DNA from: Octopus sinensis
Lineage: Eukaryota
Reading direction: 5' to 3'
DNA: 64,000 nt
NCBI RefSeq assembly: GCF_006345805.1
Contig: NW_021833253.1
Coordinates: forward strand, 1 to 64,000
The notes under the pieces were generated by a model. The model saw nothing but the letters and a program-made list of their open reading frames with translations. It was not told the origin of the DNA and did not search any database. Position numbers and translations under genes: made by a program. Position 1 is the first letter of the stretch. Each line of letters opens with the position of its first letter. This document shows positions 1 through 11,952 of this stretch, in pieces.

Positions 1-620
1 TTCGGAATGACCCCGCAGCCGACGCTCTGGAGCAGGAGTGAAGAACAGCTCTTTCGAGAGGTTACACTTTCCGCTTATGATGTTGTGAGCGAGAATGAGA
101 TCACCATGGCGGCGGCGTTTTTTGAGAGAATAAAGGTCGAGCGTCTTCAGTCTTTCTTCATAAGACAAATTTTTGAGACCATGAACCATGCGGGTAGCCA
201 GCTTCTGGACTCTTTCGGGATGCTGTATGTCTTTGACGAGATAAGGAGAAGAGGCTTGAATCCCGTACTCCAATATGGGTCTCACCAGCGTGACATAGAG
301 TGGTAGGAATATGGCTGCTGTGAGCATTCCGAATGACCGTCAAATCAAGAACAGAACTCCACGTGCTTTGTTGGCAGCATGGACACACTGGGCTGAAGGT
401 GAAAAGGAGGAATCCACCAAGATACCGAGGTCCTTTACCTGATCGGTCCTCTCCAGCAGCAGACGACTCGGCTCGAAATCAAGTTGAGTTGCAGGAGAGG
501 CGCCAACAGGCAGATGACAGCACTTTGACACGTTCAGACACAGGTCCCATTCGTTAGACCACCTCCAAATTTGGTGGAGGCATCGACGAAGGCTGCAAAG
601 ATGTTCAGATAAGCAATCTC
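1..620 (-). mobile_element. CR1/L2(Jockey-group)-like LINE, degraded C-terminal RT fragment
   Basis: Minus-strand translation gives VKDLGILVDSSFSPSAQC...LYVTLVRPILEYGIQASSPYLVKDIQHPERVQKLATRMV...YEERLKTLDLYSLKKRRRHGDLI, the typical post-RT region of CR1-group LINEs; in-frame stop present. Confidence 0.8.
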
Positions 621-689
621 TTGATTCAACCTAGCAAAACCTAATTCCCCATTTTACATCATTCATATCTCACTCCTATAGCTCATTTA

Positions 690-896
690 CTATCTGTCTA
701 TCTATCTATTATTATATTCATTATTGTAATTATTACTATTATCATCATCTATATATATATGTTTGTATGCATTTATTTGTGCGTGTGTTTTTATGTATAT
801 AAATACATGTGTATTTGTGTATATAAGTGCATGTGCATTTCTGTATATTGTTCCCAACTCCCAAAATTTATGTATATATTTGTAAGTATATATCTA

Positions 897-976
<80 letters not shown>

Positions 977-977
977 A
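690..977. repeat. Compound low-complexity / (CT)n-(TA)n microsatellite
   Basis: Dinucleotide runs directly visible. Confidence 0.9.
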
Positions 978-2268
978 CAAGGGGCGTTCAATAAGTAATG
1001 CCCCTGACCCACTTCCCATAGCAGTAGAGCAACGAAACTTAGCACAGTTATTAATAATTTTCTACATAGGAACCACCCAGAGTTACGCATTTCTCCCATC
1101 GTTTGATGCAGCGCTGGAGACCGTTTTTGTAGAAGACCCCAGCTTCGTCCTCCAACCACGACGTGACTTTAGAAATCAAGGCTGCATCATCTGTGAAATG
1201 CTTTCCTTTAAAAAAAAACTTCATGGTTGGGAAGAGGTGAAAATCAGAGAGTGCAAGGTCAGGAGCGTTGGGGGGATGGGGGAGGAGTTCATAGCAGCAC
1301 GCCTGTTCTTCTGATCTGGCGACACGCGAGTTGTGGACCGGAGCATTGTCCTACAGGAGGAGGATGCCTTTTCTGATCTTGCCCCGCCTCTTGATTTTGA
1401 TAGCTTCTCTTAATTTCCTCAAAAGTGAAGCATAATAGGCTCCTGTAATTGTGGTACCCTTTGCCAGGAAATCTGTCATCACTACTCCGTCCTGGTCCCA
1501 GAAGACTGTGAGCATGTCCTTGCCAGCGAAGGCTGCACCTTGCCTTCTTTGGAGGAGGTGAGTCACGGTGCTTCCACTGCATTGACTGGGCTTTGGTCTC
1601 TGAATCATAGTGATGGACCCAGGTTTCATCCTGTGTAATCAGTCTTTTGAAAAATTTTGACTCATCTTCTTGGCACATCTCCAAATTCATCCTCGAGCAC
1701 TCAACGCGTTCTTGCTTCTGGAAAGGTGTGAGCAGCCTGGGAATCCATCTGGCAGACATCTTTTGCATATGCAAATGGTCATGAATGATAGTTTCCACAG
1801 ACCCGGTACTAATCTTGACCTCATGGGCTATTTGGCGAATTATTATGCATCGATCTTCCAAAATGGCAGCCTCAACTTGACGGACAGATGCCTCATCAAT
1901 GGCAGAAGGGGGGCGACCAGATCTGGGAGCTGTTTCCACAGAGTTCCAACCATGTTTGAATTCACGATGCCAGGGTTTTACAAGATCATATGATGGGACA
2001 TCATCACCATAAGTTACTTTCATTTCATCAAAAGTCTCCCGTGGTGTGTGTCCTTTCAAATACAAAAACCGGATCACTGCTCGACACTCAACAGGCTCCA
2101 TTTCACACTTGACTCAGTTCAAACACCTGTAAACCAGAAACCACAATTATTTCAGAGCTGTAATTTGCCACTTAATCTATAGAGATAAAAATAATTGCAC
2201 AGACAAAATTTCAGCTAGATCAAACAACTGCAAGTGGGTCAGAAGCATTACTTATTGAACATCCCTCG
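978..2268 (-). mobile_element. Mariner (DD34D, irritans/Himar1-like) transposon, copy 1, 1291 bp
   Basis: TIRs CAAGGGGCGTTCAATAAGTAATGC / GCATTACTTATTGAACATCCCTCG, flanked by TA inside (TA)n. Transposase motifs WIPRLLT, ITQDETW and PDLALSDFHLF. Confidence 0.95.
1051..2101 (-). pseudogene. Mariner transposase, disrupted
   Basis: ATG at 2101, stop ending at 1051. Relative to copy 2 it has two 1-bp deletions near 1530-1540 and CAG>TAG just before the second catalytic Asp (QDN). Confidence 0.9.
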
Positions 2269-2280
2269 TATATATATATA

Positions 2281-3060
2281 GTTGAAATTTAGACCCTTAT
2301 GGGTAGTAAAGAAATATATATATATATATATAGTTGAAATTTACAGGAAAACAAAAGACAAAGACAGGTGTATGAACAGCAAGTAGGTGTATTAGTTTGA
2401 TACTCAGGAAAGTGAGAAGGTCTTTTACATTTCGAGCCTACGCTCTTCAGCATAAAGGAGTAAGAGAAAATAAACAGAGAGAGAATTAAAGAAAACTTTT
2501 GGATTTAGCTATCAAGCATGGTAACTGTTTGGGAAAAAAAGGTTTCACAGGAGAGGTTGAAAGAAAGGGAGATAATAAAGTATTGGTGATCCCAAAACGA
2601 AGGTGTGCATGCATGTGTGTGTGTGAGAATATGTAAGTATGTGTGTTTGGATAGGGGCTAGTCGCTTCTACCCCCCCCCCACTGCAGCATGAATTTTGAC
2701 CATCGTCCCTTAATTTGCTGGCAGTCCTGGCCATTTTTATTTTTATTCTGCCACACGATGACCGAGACGCAAAGCTAAGAACACTTTTCTCTTTCTTCTC
2801 CCTCTCTATTCCACTCCTAATATCTTAAATGTTTTCACTACTGACAGCTTGCTGTCGTGTATAAATGATCTCATCGCTGACAACCTCTTAGAATTTCGTT
2901 AAGTAAATTACTCGCTTCTACCCCCACTGCAGCATGAATTTTGACCATCGTCCCTTAATTCCGACCGACCTCTTCACTGTGCGCCCGCCCAAACCCACCA
3001 CCAATACCGGATATCTCTCTATTTCTCCCCTTCCCCCCTTTCTTATTCCCCTCCCTTGTC
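2281..3060. repeat. Non-coding repeat of probable Penelope pseudo-LTR origin with an internal ~50-bp direct duplication
   Basis: Hammerhead-like relic at 2421-2458 (minus strand); TCGCTTCTACCCCC..ACTGCAGCATGAATTTTGACCATCGTCCCTTAATT repeated at ~2662-2715 and ~2912-2960. Confidence 0.4.
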
Positions 3061-3084
3061 CCTATGAAACAATGTGAAGCAAAA

Positions 3085-3195
3085 TGCTGCTGCTGCTGTT
3101 GCTGCTGCCATAACTACTGCTATTACCACTGCCTCTAATACTGCTGATAGTGATATTGCTGCTGCTACTACAACTGCTGCTGCTGCTGATGATGA
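3085..3195. repeat. (GCT/ACT)n trinucleotide-rich tract
   Basis: Directly visible. Confidence 0.85.
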
Positions 3196-3289
3196 ATATT
3201 AGTGGTTGAAAATAAACATATAAAATAAACGTAGGCAAAAGAATGAAAAATCTAATAATAATTTAACATTACTTGAAAAGGTAGTGGGT

Positions 3290-6200
3290 AGCGAACTTCT
3301 TCACTACTTCAGGGAGTGACGACCCTGCCTGACACGAGTTCCAGGCTCAGCTGGCTCCGGCTGACAGTACCCGGTATGGGCCCCTATCCAGGGTTACGGA
3401 AAGGAGACAACCTTCAAAGAAATCCGGAGTGGAGCCCCGAAGGCGGTCTAGTGTTCGACTCGACACTCTTCCGGCAGATCCTGCAACCAAGCTGGTGCCA
3501 AACGTAATGCACTGCACTCCACTGGACTACATCAGCAAGGTCGAGAGAGGAAACCTGACGATTGGGCTACCAGGACTTTCTTATCTATAGCCCAGGCCTG
3601 CGCAAAACTGGAGAGGACGCTTCAGTGCTGCTGTAAAAAGCTGCAGAAACAACACGGGAGGTAACAGTCACGAGTGATAAGTCCATTCAGATTGGCGTAA
3701 AATATGGGCGCTACGGGTTACCTCTGACGGTGAGAGGGACCTCCATGTCCTATTAGTTAGCTACTGCCCACCTCAAGCTGGGCAGCCCCCAGTTAATAAG
3801 GTGCTGACCCGCCACAGGCCGCCTGCCCCATTGGGTGCTTGGAGCTAAGAGTATGACTCGAAAAGCGGCCTGCAACCTCTGCACCAGGCAGGCAAGCAAC
3901 TAAAAGTCAAGAAAACACCAGTTCTGCGGTTGGCAAGCTGGAATGTCAGGACCATGTGTCCTGGAATATCTGATGATCTTCTCAGGATTGAAGACACAAG
4001 GAAAGCGGCCATCATTGACCGTGAACTAAAGAGGCTCAACATAGATATTGCTGGGCTGCAGGAGACAAGACTTCCCTCAAACGGCAAACTCAAAGAGCAG
4101 GATTTCACCTTCTTTTGGCAGGGAAGAGATCCAGAAGAACCTCGTCAACATGGCGTTGGCTTTGCAGTGAGAAATTCACTACTCTCCTCAATAGAACCAC
4201 CATCGTGAAGCACTGAGCGTATCCTCTCACTGCACCTCTCGACTTCTTCTGGCTCAGTACATCTACTCAGCATCTATGCTCCCACTCTCTACAGCTCAGA
4301 GGAGACCAAGGACCAGTTCTACAAAGATCTCAACTGTGTCATAGAAAATATACCAACGACTGAAAATATCTACCTTCTAGGGGATTTTAACGCTCGCGTG
4401 GGATCTGATCATGATTCGTGGCCCATTTGTGTTGGACACTTTGGTATTGGCAACATGAATGACAATGGTCAGAGACTACTCGAATTCTGCACATACCACA
4501 ACCTGTGCATCACAAACACATTCTTTACCAACAAGCCATCCCACAAGGCATCCTGGAGACATCCAAGATCTCACCACTGGCATCAGCTGGATCTCATCAT
4601 TACACAGAGATCCTTTCTGAATTCTACTCTATTGACCCGCAGTTACCACAGCGCGGATTGTGACACAGACCACTCACTAATTAGAAGTAGGGTGAGGATT
4701 CTGCCTAAAAAAGTCCATCGCTCCAAGAAAGTGGGCTGACCACGCATCAACACTGCCAGAACCTCGGATCCTACACTGCGAAAATGTCTTGCTGCTTCTA
4801 TCAAGGTTGCCCTCAGTAGCTGCCCAACCTCCTCTGCTGAAAGTAGGTGGGACTATATCAGGGAAGCCTTGTATACGACATCAATGGATACTTTCGGCAT
4901 GAGAGAAAGGCAAAACCCAGATTGGTTCAATGCTGGGCTCTCAGAGCTGGAGCCAGTTGTCGAAGCAAAGCGTGCAGCTCTGATGCAATACAAGAGTGAC
5001 TCTTCTACAAAGTCACTCGAAGAACTCAGAAAGGCACGAAATAAAACCCAACTGACAGCCAGACACTGTGCAAATAGGTATTGGCAGGAAATCTGTCAGA
5101 GTATCCAGTCAGCTGCTGACAGGGGCGACACCCGTGGGATGTATGCCGGTTTGAAGAAGGCCCTCGGTCCATCCGCAACCAAGTCAGCCCCTCTGAAATC
5201 AACTACTGGAGATCTCATCAGGGATCAAGGCAAGCAAATGGATAGATGGGTGGAGTACTACCAGGATCTCTACTCACGGGAGACTACAGTGGCTGAGGCT
5301 GCAGTCGAGAGTGTCAAGATCTTGCCAGTCATGTGCGAACTTGACAGTCCGCCATCTATAGCAGAGCTCACCAAGGCTGTTGACTCCCTAACAAGAAATA
5401 AGGCTCCGGGAAAAGACGGCATCCCCTCAGAGATCATCAAAGCCGGCTAAAACACCATCCTGCTTCGGCACCTTCATGAGCTTCTGTGTCAGTGCTGGGA
5501 AGAAGGTACAGTTCCTCAGGATATGCGGGATGCTAACATCATTATGCTTTACAAAAACAAAGGTGACCGTGGTGATTGTAACAATTACCGTGGTATATCC
5601 CTTCTAAGCACTGTTGGAAAGACCTTTGCCCGCATTATCCTGGCCAGGCTACAACTACTTGCTTCTCGAATCTATCCGGAATCGCAGTGTGGCTTTAGAA
5701 GAAGCAGATCAACTATCGATATGATATTCTCCATACGCCAACTTCAGGAGAAGTCCAGAGAGCAGAAAATGCCATTATATATGGCCTTCATTGATCTAAC
5801 AAAGGCTTTTGACTGGTAAGCAGAACAGGCCTCTTCATCCTGCTCCAAAAAATCGGATGTCCACCAAAGCTGCTGAGGATCATCAAGTCTTTCCATAATG
5901 ACATGCAAGGCACCATACAGCACAACGGTTCAACATCAGCCGCCTTCCAAATAAAAAACAGGTTAAAGCAAGGTTGTGTCCTCGCTCCTACATTGTTTGG
6001 CATCTTCTTCTCGCTCTTACTTTCACATGCCTTTCAGACATCAGATGATGGAGTGTTTCTGCACAGTAGAAGTGACAGGAAACAGTTCAATCTCTCGCGC
6101 CTGCGTGCCAAGACCAAATCAGAAACGTCCTGATCAAGGAGATGTTATTTGCTGATGATGCCGCTCTGGTAACACACACAGAAGAAGCCCTCCAAAGGCT

Positions 6201-7165
6201 CATTAACTGTTTTGAGCAAGCATGTAACGACTTTGGCTTAGCTATCAGCCTTAAGAAGACCAACATCATGGGTCAGGCTACATCGGACATCCCAAACATA
6301 CATATTGGAGACTACAGATTACAAGAGGTGGAGAAGTTTACCTATCTGGGCTCTACCGTCACCTACAACCTATCCCTTGACGCTGAGCTCAATATACGCA
6401 TTGGCAAGGCAGCTGCTGCGATGGCCCAACTCTCCAAACGGGCTTGGGGCAACAATAAGCTGACCAAGACCACGAAAATGAAGATCTACCAGGCATGTGT
6501 ACTCAGCACTCTACTGTATGGAAGTGAGACCTGGACGCTATACATACGCCAAGAGCGTCGCCTAAACATCTTTCACCTGCGCTGCCTCCAAAAAATCCTC
6601 CGCATCAAATGGCAGGATCATATCCCCAACAAAGATGTCCTCAGGCAAGCAGGAATACCAAGCATGTTTGCACTCCTCACACAAAGACGTATGAGATGGC
6701 TTGGGCATGTTAGCCGTATGAAAGATGGCAGAATCCCCAAGGACATACTCTACGGAGAGCTTGCTAGGGGTACTAGGTCTGTGGGTAGACCAATCTTACG
6801 TTACAAGGATGTTTGCAAAAGGGACATGAAGGCCTGCAACATCAATATTAGCGGTTGGGAGGCAGTTGCCGGCAACTGTGGAGAATGGCTACGTACCGTA
6901 AAAGAGGGAATACAAAGGAGTGACAGAGAGAAAGAGGAGAAATGGAAAGAAAGGAAGAGACGTAAACAAGAGACCATGGCACTACAACCAGCCAGGAACA
7001 GTCTTCGCTACATTTGCGGTACCTGCCAGAGGGAGTGTTTGTCCAGGATAGGACTACACAGCCACAGCAGGAAATGTATCAGGACATGAAATGTAAAAGC
7101 CGGACTAGACTACTTTATGCGCAACTCCATTGTCTCCCGAGACAGAAAGGATGCCAACCAACCAA
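3290..7165 (+). mobile_element. RTE-clade LINE, near full length, with stops and frameshifts
   Basis: APE endonuclease (WNVRTM, LQETR, GDFNA, LDLI), RT (QGCVLAPTLF, LFADD, FTYLGS), C-terminal CxxC..HxxxC finger (CGTCQRECLSRIGLHSHSRKC), 3' end GTCTCCCGAGACAGAAAGGATGCC plus (AACC)n tail. The 5' boundary is approximate and no TSD was found. Confidence 0.92.
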
Positions 7166-7305
7166 GTGGCTTTGACATGTGAATGTGTGCATGTGTGAAT
7201 GCGTCTATAATGTGTGGGTGTGTAGATGACGGTGTAGGGGTGCAGATGATGGGTGTGGTGTGGATGCTGGGAAGTGTTCAGTGCTAGTGTGTGTAGACAT
7301 ATATA

Positions 7306-8075
7306 TAGGGGTTGGACAAAAGACAGAAACACCTAGCATCATAATTTTGAAATATCTATAAAATCATCAAAAGCTTGTTTATTCTTGTTTTTGATTTTAT
7401 TACTAGTGTTGCTTAATGTTTTGCTAAAATTGCCATTTCTTCTCAGATATCATAGAAAAAGTTAATTAAAATTCATTAAAATGACAGATCTATCCGACTT
7501 TCAATGAGTTGAAATTGTTGGTGTTCATATGGCAGGCACTAGCATAACAAAAACAGCCAAAATGTTTGGTGTATCAAGAAGTACTGTCTCGAAAGTAATG
7601 ACAGCCTTTGAGAAAGAGAGAAAATCTCCTCATTGAAACAAAACTTCAGAAGAAAACCAAAACTTTCAGATAGGGACCGTCTGACTCTTACGCGAATTGT
7701 TACAAAGGATCGCAAAAGTACAACTCCCAAAATCACTGCAGAGCTTAATGGCCACCTGAAGAACCCAGTTTCCACAAAAACTGTTCACCAGGAGCTACAC
7801 AAAGCCAGATTTCATGTGAGGACTGCAATCAGAAAACCACTCCTTTCAAAAACAAACGTTGCAAAGCATTTAGAGAGGAGTAAAAACCTACAGAATTGGT
7901 CCCTAGTGCAGTGAAAGAATGTTATTTTCTCAGACAAGTCATCCTTTACCTTATTTCTGACCACTGGCTGAGTGTACGTGTGGTGACAGCCAAAAGAAGC
8001 ATTTGACCCACACTACCTTCTTCCAACTGTTAAACATGGAGGCGGATCTGTGATGATGGGGAGGGGGGTCTATAT
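7306..8075 (+). mobile_element. Tc1-like transposon, 5' half only
   Basis: Starts TAGGGGTTGGACAAAA after TA. Translation RKPKLSDRDRLTLTRIV...RKPLLS...VIFSD..F...KHGGGSVMM is a Tc1 HTH plus the first part of the DDE domain; the 3' half is missing. Confidence 0.8.
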
Positions 8076-8444
8076 CTTGGAAAACACCTTGAATTCAACC
8101 TCTCTAATGATATTAGTCTTAAAGAATTTTGTTTTTTTTAGAGTAGTGTATTTTATTCCCAGAATACTTAATGCAGGACAGAAGGTTAAAGAAGGAGTAA
8201 ACATGCAGATAAGTATTCTTCCTTTGTTAATTGTGGTATATAGTTTTATTCAAAAAATTTATAACATATATAGAGGTTTTTTTTTTACTTTTTAAATATT
8301 ATTAACCTACGTTTATCATAATAATGGTAATATATACTAGTGTTGATAGGGGTAAATTTCGCAATAAATTATTAATTCCCGTAAAGTTTATAGAGATAGG
8401 CAGTTTAATTTGATGTGTTTATAAAATAGTCGATGAGGGTTTCT

Positions 8445-8638
8445 ATGCCGTGCTGGTGGCACGTAAAAAGCACCCACTACACTCTCGGAGTGGTTGACTT
8501 TAGGAAGGACATCCAGCTGTAGAAACTCTGCCAGATCAAGATTGGAGCCTCGTGCAGCCATCTGGTTCGCCAGCCCTCAGTCAAAATCGTCCAACCCATA
8601 CTGGCATGGATAGCGGACGTTAAACGATGATGATGATA
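8445..8638 (+). mobile_element. 3' UTR fragment of an abundant RTE family with (GAT)n tail
   Basis: Same sequence as the 3' end of the RT-bearing copies at 12690-13668, 56305-58490 and 62180-64000; ends GGACGTTAAACGATGATGATGAT. Confidence 0.85.
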
Positions 8639-8791
8639 TATATCGCTATTGTATTTTTAGGTGTTTAATTTTGTTAAATTTTTATGAATTTTTAAAATTT
8701 TTTAAATCTTATATATATTTTTAATGAAGATATCTAAGAATTTGTAGGATGAAATTGGATCCGTTAATAATAATAATAATGATAAGAGGAA

Positions 8792-8874
8792 AATAGCCTG
8801 AGGACGCACTTGTGGGTTTATGTATTAGGTGTAGCCTAGTAAAACAAACCAACAGGGCAGAAACATGTAGCATT
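8792..8874 (+). ncRNA. Hammerhead-ribozyme-like motif (type I, long stem II, palindromic stem III)
   Basis: CTGAGGA ... GAAACATGTA. Stem II is CTTGTGGGTTT/AAACCAACAGG with GC/GC at its base; stem I is AAT(A)GC/GCATT; the 10.1-11.1 pair is a C-A mismatch. Confidence 0.5.
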
Positions 8875-8924
8875 GATTAATATTATCTTCTTTCCCCACA
8901 GACTAATAACAGGTAAGGTATATA

Positions 8925-10544
8925 CCATAAATCCTCGAGTATAGTCTCCCCTTGAGTATAATATGCAGGGGATTTTTAGGGGGCTGTACCTCTGAAAAAC
9001 CTAGACCTTGTGTATTATACGCACCGCTTCTCTAACTTGAGTCAAGGAGGTTTATATAACGTCCTTGGTTTGTAAAAATGTATACAGTAATGTCCTTTAT
9101 TATTATTGTACATATAACATAATGCAAACATGTAACTTTTTTGTGCATTTTGTTTTCAGAAAATAAAGAATTAACAGTAATAACGTCAGTGAACAATAAA
9201 TATTAAGTAAATTGCCTTCACATATTTATCACTATCAGTTGCAAAAGCAAAACCATTTATTCAAATCCTTCAAATTCAACATCACTTTCAGCATTAAATA
9301 ACTGTTCCATTTGTTCCTCTGTAAACATATCAGCATCATTGTAGTGTAAATCTCCGTCATCATCAGATTCATAGTCAACATCAGAAGATTCACTTTCATT
9401 TCATTAATCTTTCCATATGTCATCCTGAGTACCATCCAGTGCAGACAATATACATTTGATGAAACTTTTCACATTAATCTGGGGATCAAGTTCATTCCAT
9501 GCATACACGATCCATTTGCTTATCAAAGTCAGGTCAGGAGTGCGAACCCTTCTACCTTTAGTGATCGACTTTATGCCTTGGCATAAAGTTACTGGCCCAG
9601 CCACGTGATGCTTTAAATTCTGACTCATTAAGTTTTATCTCTTTAGCAAGGAGTTTTGCCTGAAGCCTCGAATGTACTGTATTCCATCAAGTCTTCTTTC
9701 CTCTACCCATTCAAGCAAAATTTTTTCAAACTCAGGATGTTTGGCCTTTCCTCTCACTTTTTGCCTTCTTTATCTTTGGTATCTGTTTAATTTCATCTTT
9801 ATTTCTTCTCCATAACCTGACATTGCTTTCGTCAACATGAAATTTTCTTCCGGCAGCCCTATAACCATGCTCTTCAGCATGTGATATAACTTCAAGTTTA
9901 AACATAGCTGAATAAGATCTATGAAGCATTTTATGGGTATGTAATGTATAAAATGTTTTACTGGAGATTAATGTACAGGTTTAAGTCCCACTTATAAAAA
10001 AAACCTTAGTAAAGATCTACAGCAGTTCAAACATTTAATACTGGTATTTAATTAAGTATCTATTGTTTGCCACGGTAATGAGGCAAACTGCCAATAGAAA
10101 GAGCAGAATTAAATATTTAGCACTCAACTATTAAGCACAATTCGCCCGTAATTAAGCCAGCAGCACCTAGTCGAACAAACACTTCCGCGCATGCGTAATA
10201 CAATAACGGTGATGTTCTTAACTGTTATATGGGAATGTAAATATGTTTTCAAATTGTTTTTGTTACATGTTATTCTGTGTTCTGAATACTTTTATTTTGA
10301 TAAATGTTGCTTACTGTTATGGATTATTCTTTTATGACTTCATTGCTTTCAGGCTTAGCTTAGAGTATTTTCACGCCCGATATCACAAAATGCGCCTGAA
10401 TAAACATTGCTGGACAGCAAATAGAGACCCGGACATTGCTTAGAAAGTATTTTTCATTTTTTTATCTCGTATATAGTACAGCACTAGGGATTTTGACCTT
10501 TAAATTTTGGGAAAAAAATATGGATTATACTCGAGGATTTACGG
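8925..10544 (-). mobile_element. pogo/Tigger-family DNA transposon, internally deleted (1.62 kb)
   Basis: TIRs CCATAAATCCTCGAGTATAGTC / GGATTATACTCGAGGATTTACGG with TA at both ends. Minus strand encodes RSYSAMFKLEVISHAEEHGYRAAGRKFHVDESNVRLWR (Brinker/POGK-like DNA-binding domain), a CENP-B HTH remnant and the DDE_1 C-terminus (SKWIVYAWNEL...ALDGTQDD); the catalytic core is missing. Confidence 0.88.
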
Positions 10545-10753
10545 TATATATTTTTTAAATATGTTTAAATAATTTCTAATTAATTCTATTGTACTTTATT
10601 TTATTGTACGTTATAGTAGGCTTTAAAATGCTTATATTATTAGATTAGTATTTTGTATATAACTTTCTATGTGTACTCCAGAAAATGAGGTTGTCCTGAA
10701 ATTGAAGTTGTGGTAAAATCCCAAATATGTAATAATATATATATATATATATA

Positions 10754-11952
10754 CTAGCAGCTAAGCCTGGTTTCACCCAGTCTGTTTGGATGATGTGGCT
10801 GTGATCGTTTTCGGTTAGGCATAATCTATAACTGCGTTTCTCAACCTTATCATTTCGGGTCCCCTCTTTTGATTGGAACCTGCAGCTGTATGAACATTTC
10901 CTGACCCACCCCTTGTCAGAAACAGCTTTAGGAGATGTGAAGAACAAATTCTTACATAGTCTGTTTCTGAGAGTTATTCTATTGGATCCCTGTCTGATCA
11001 TTAAAACATTGGGCGATCTTTTGATATGGGAACACACGACTCACTTACATACCACTTATAAACCACGTGTGTTTATTTACACTTTTGAAGATGATCGTCG
11101 GTTTCTGTAAAACAAATTTATTTTTTTAATATAGGGTTAGGTGGAAAGGGGATCTTTTGAGTCTGCATGAAAGCGAAAGCGACAGGGAGAGCATGGGTGT
11201 ATGAATGAAGTTCTTTTGAAGTTGGCGTGAAGCGGAAGATTTGATGTGCATGCATGTGAGTGTGCGTGTGTGTGTGTGTGTGATGGGGTGTGCGAGACAG
11301 AATGTGTGGTGTATATGTGAATTGCTTTTGTTAGTGTGTGTGAAGAGACAGAGAGAGTAATGTTACTGGTGTGTGCGTATGAGAGAGAGATAACTGAAAT
11401 TTTTTATTCACTTTTGTAGTGAGTGAATGTGAGTCATTGACAGAAAAAGCGAGAGAAAGAGAGAGACGTTATGTATGTATGAATGGCTTCAGTGACACAC
11501 ACACACACAGGTTGTTAGTATGTATGTATACATAGATGTATGTATCTATGCATGGCCGAGAGAGTGTTATCTGAAATTTTGTTATTCACTTTTGTAGTGA
11601 GTGAATGTGTGAGTGACTGACAGAGAAAAGGAGAGAGAGGTTATGTATGTATATATGTATGAATGGCTTTGGCTGACTGTCATCCTGTATTCTCCTTGTT
11701 GCTAAGCGAAATGGTATATGCTGGCAGTGTGAGCAACTGGTTGTTTTAATGGTGGGGGAATTCCATTGGATAAGTTTTAATCGATTTTCTTGGTAACTAT
11801 GGGGTCTAGGAAAAAATACAAACTGCATTCCAGTCTATGCACCTGTCTCCACATGTGTGCCATTTTTCACGTGAATCCACGCAGCCGTTTGGCTTTGAAC
11901 CTCAAGACAAGAAAGAATACAACGCTCACCCGTGTCCAATTTATATTATAGA
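10754..11952 (-). mobile_element. Non-autonomous Helitron (~1.2 kb)
   Basis: On the minus strand: 5' A|TCTATAATATAAA at 11952, and a 3' hairpin CTGG-GTGAAA-CCAG followed by CTTAGCTGCTAG|T at 10754. Inserted between A and T with no TSD. Confidence 0.7.

Noticed and set aside
7-306. 99-aa plus-strand ORF
   Set aside because: It is the antisense shadow of the CR1-like RT fragment on the minus strand.
3312-3395. HDV-like ribozyme in the RTE leader (GAG-TTCCAGG-CTC, ACCCTG/CAGGGT)
   Set aside because: P1 is only ~5 bp, P2 is not adjacent to P3 and there is no canonical J4/2, so the fold cannot be supported by eye.
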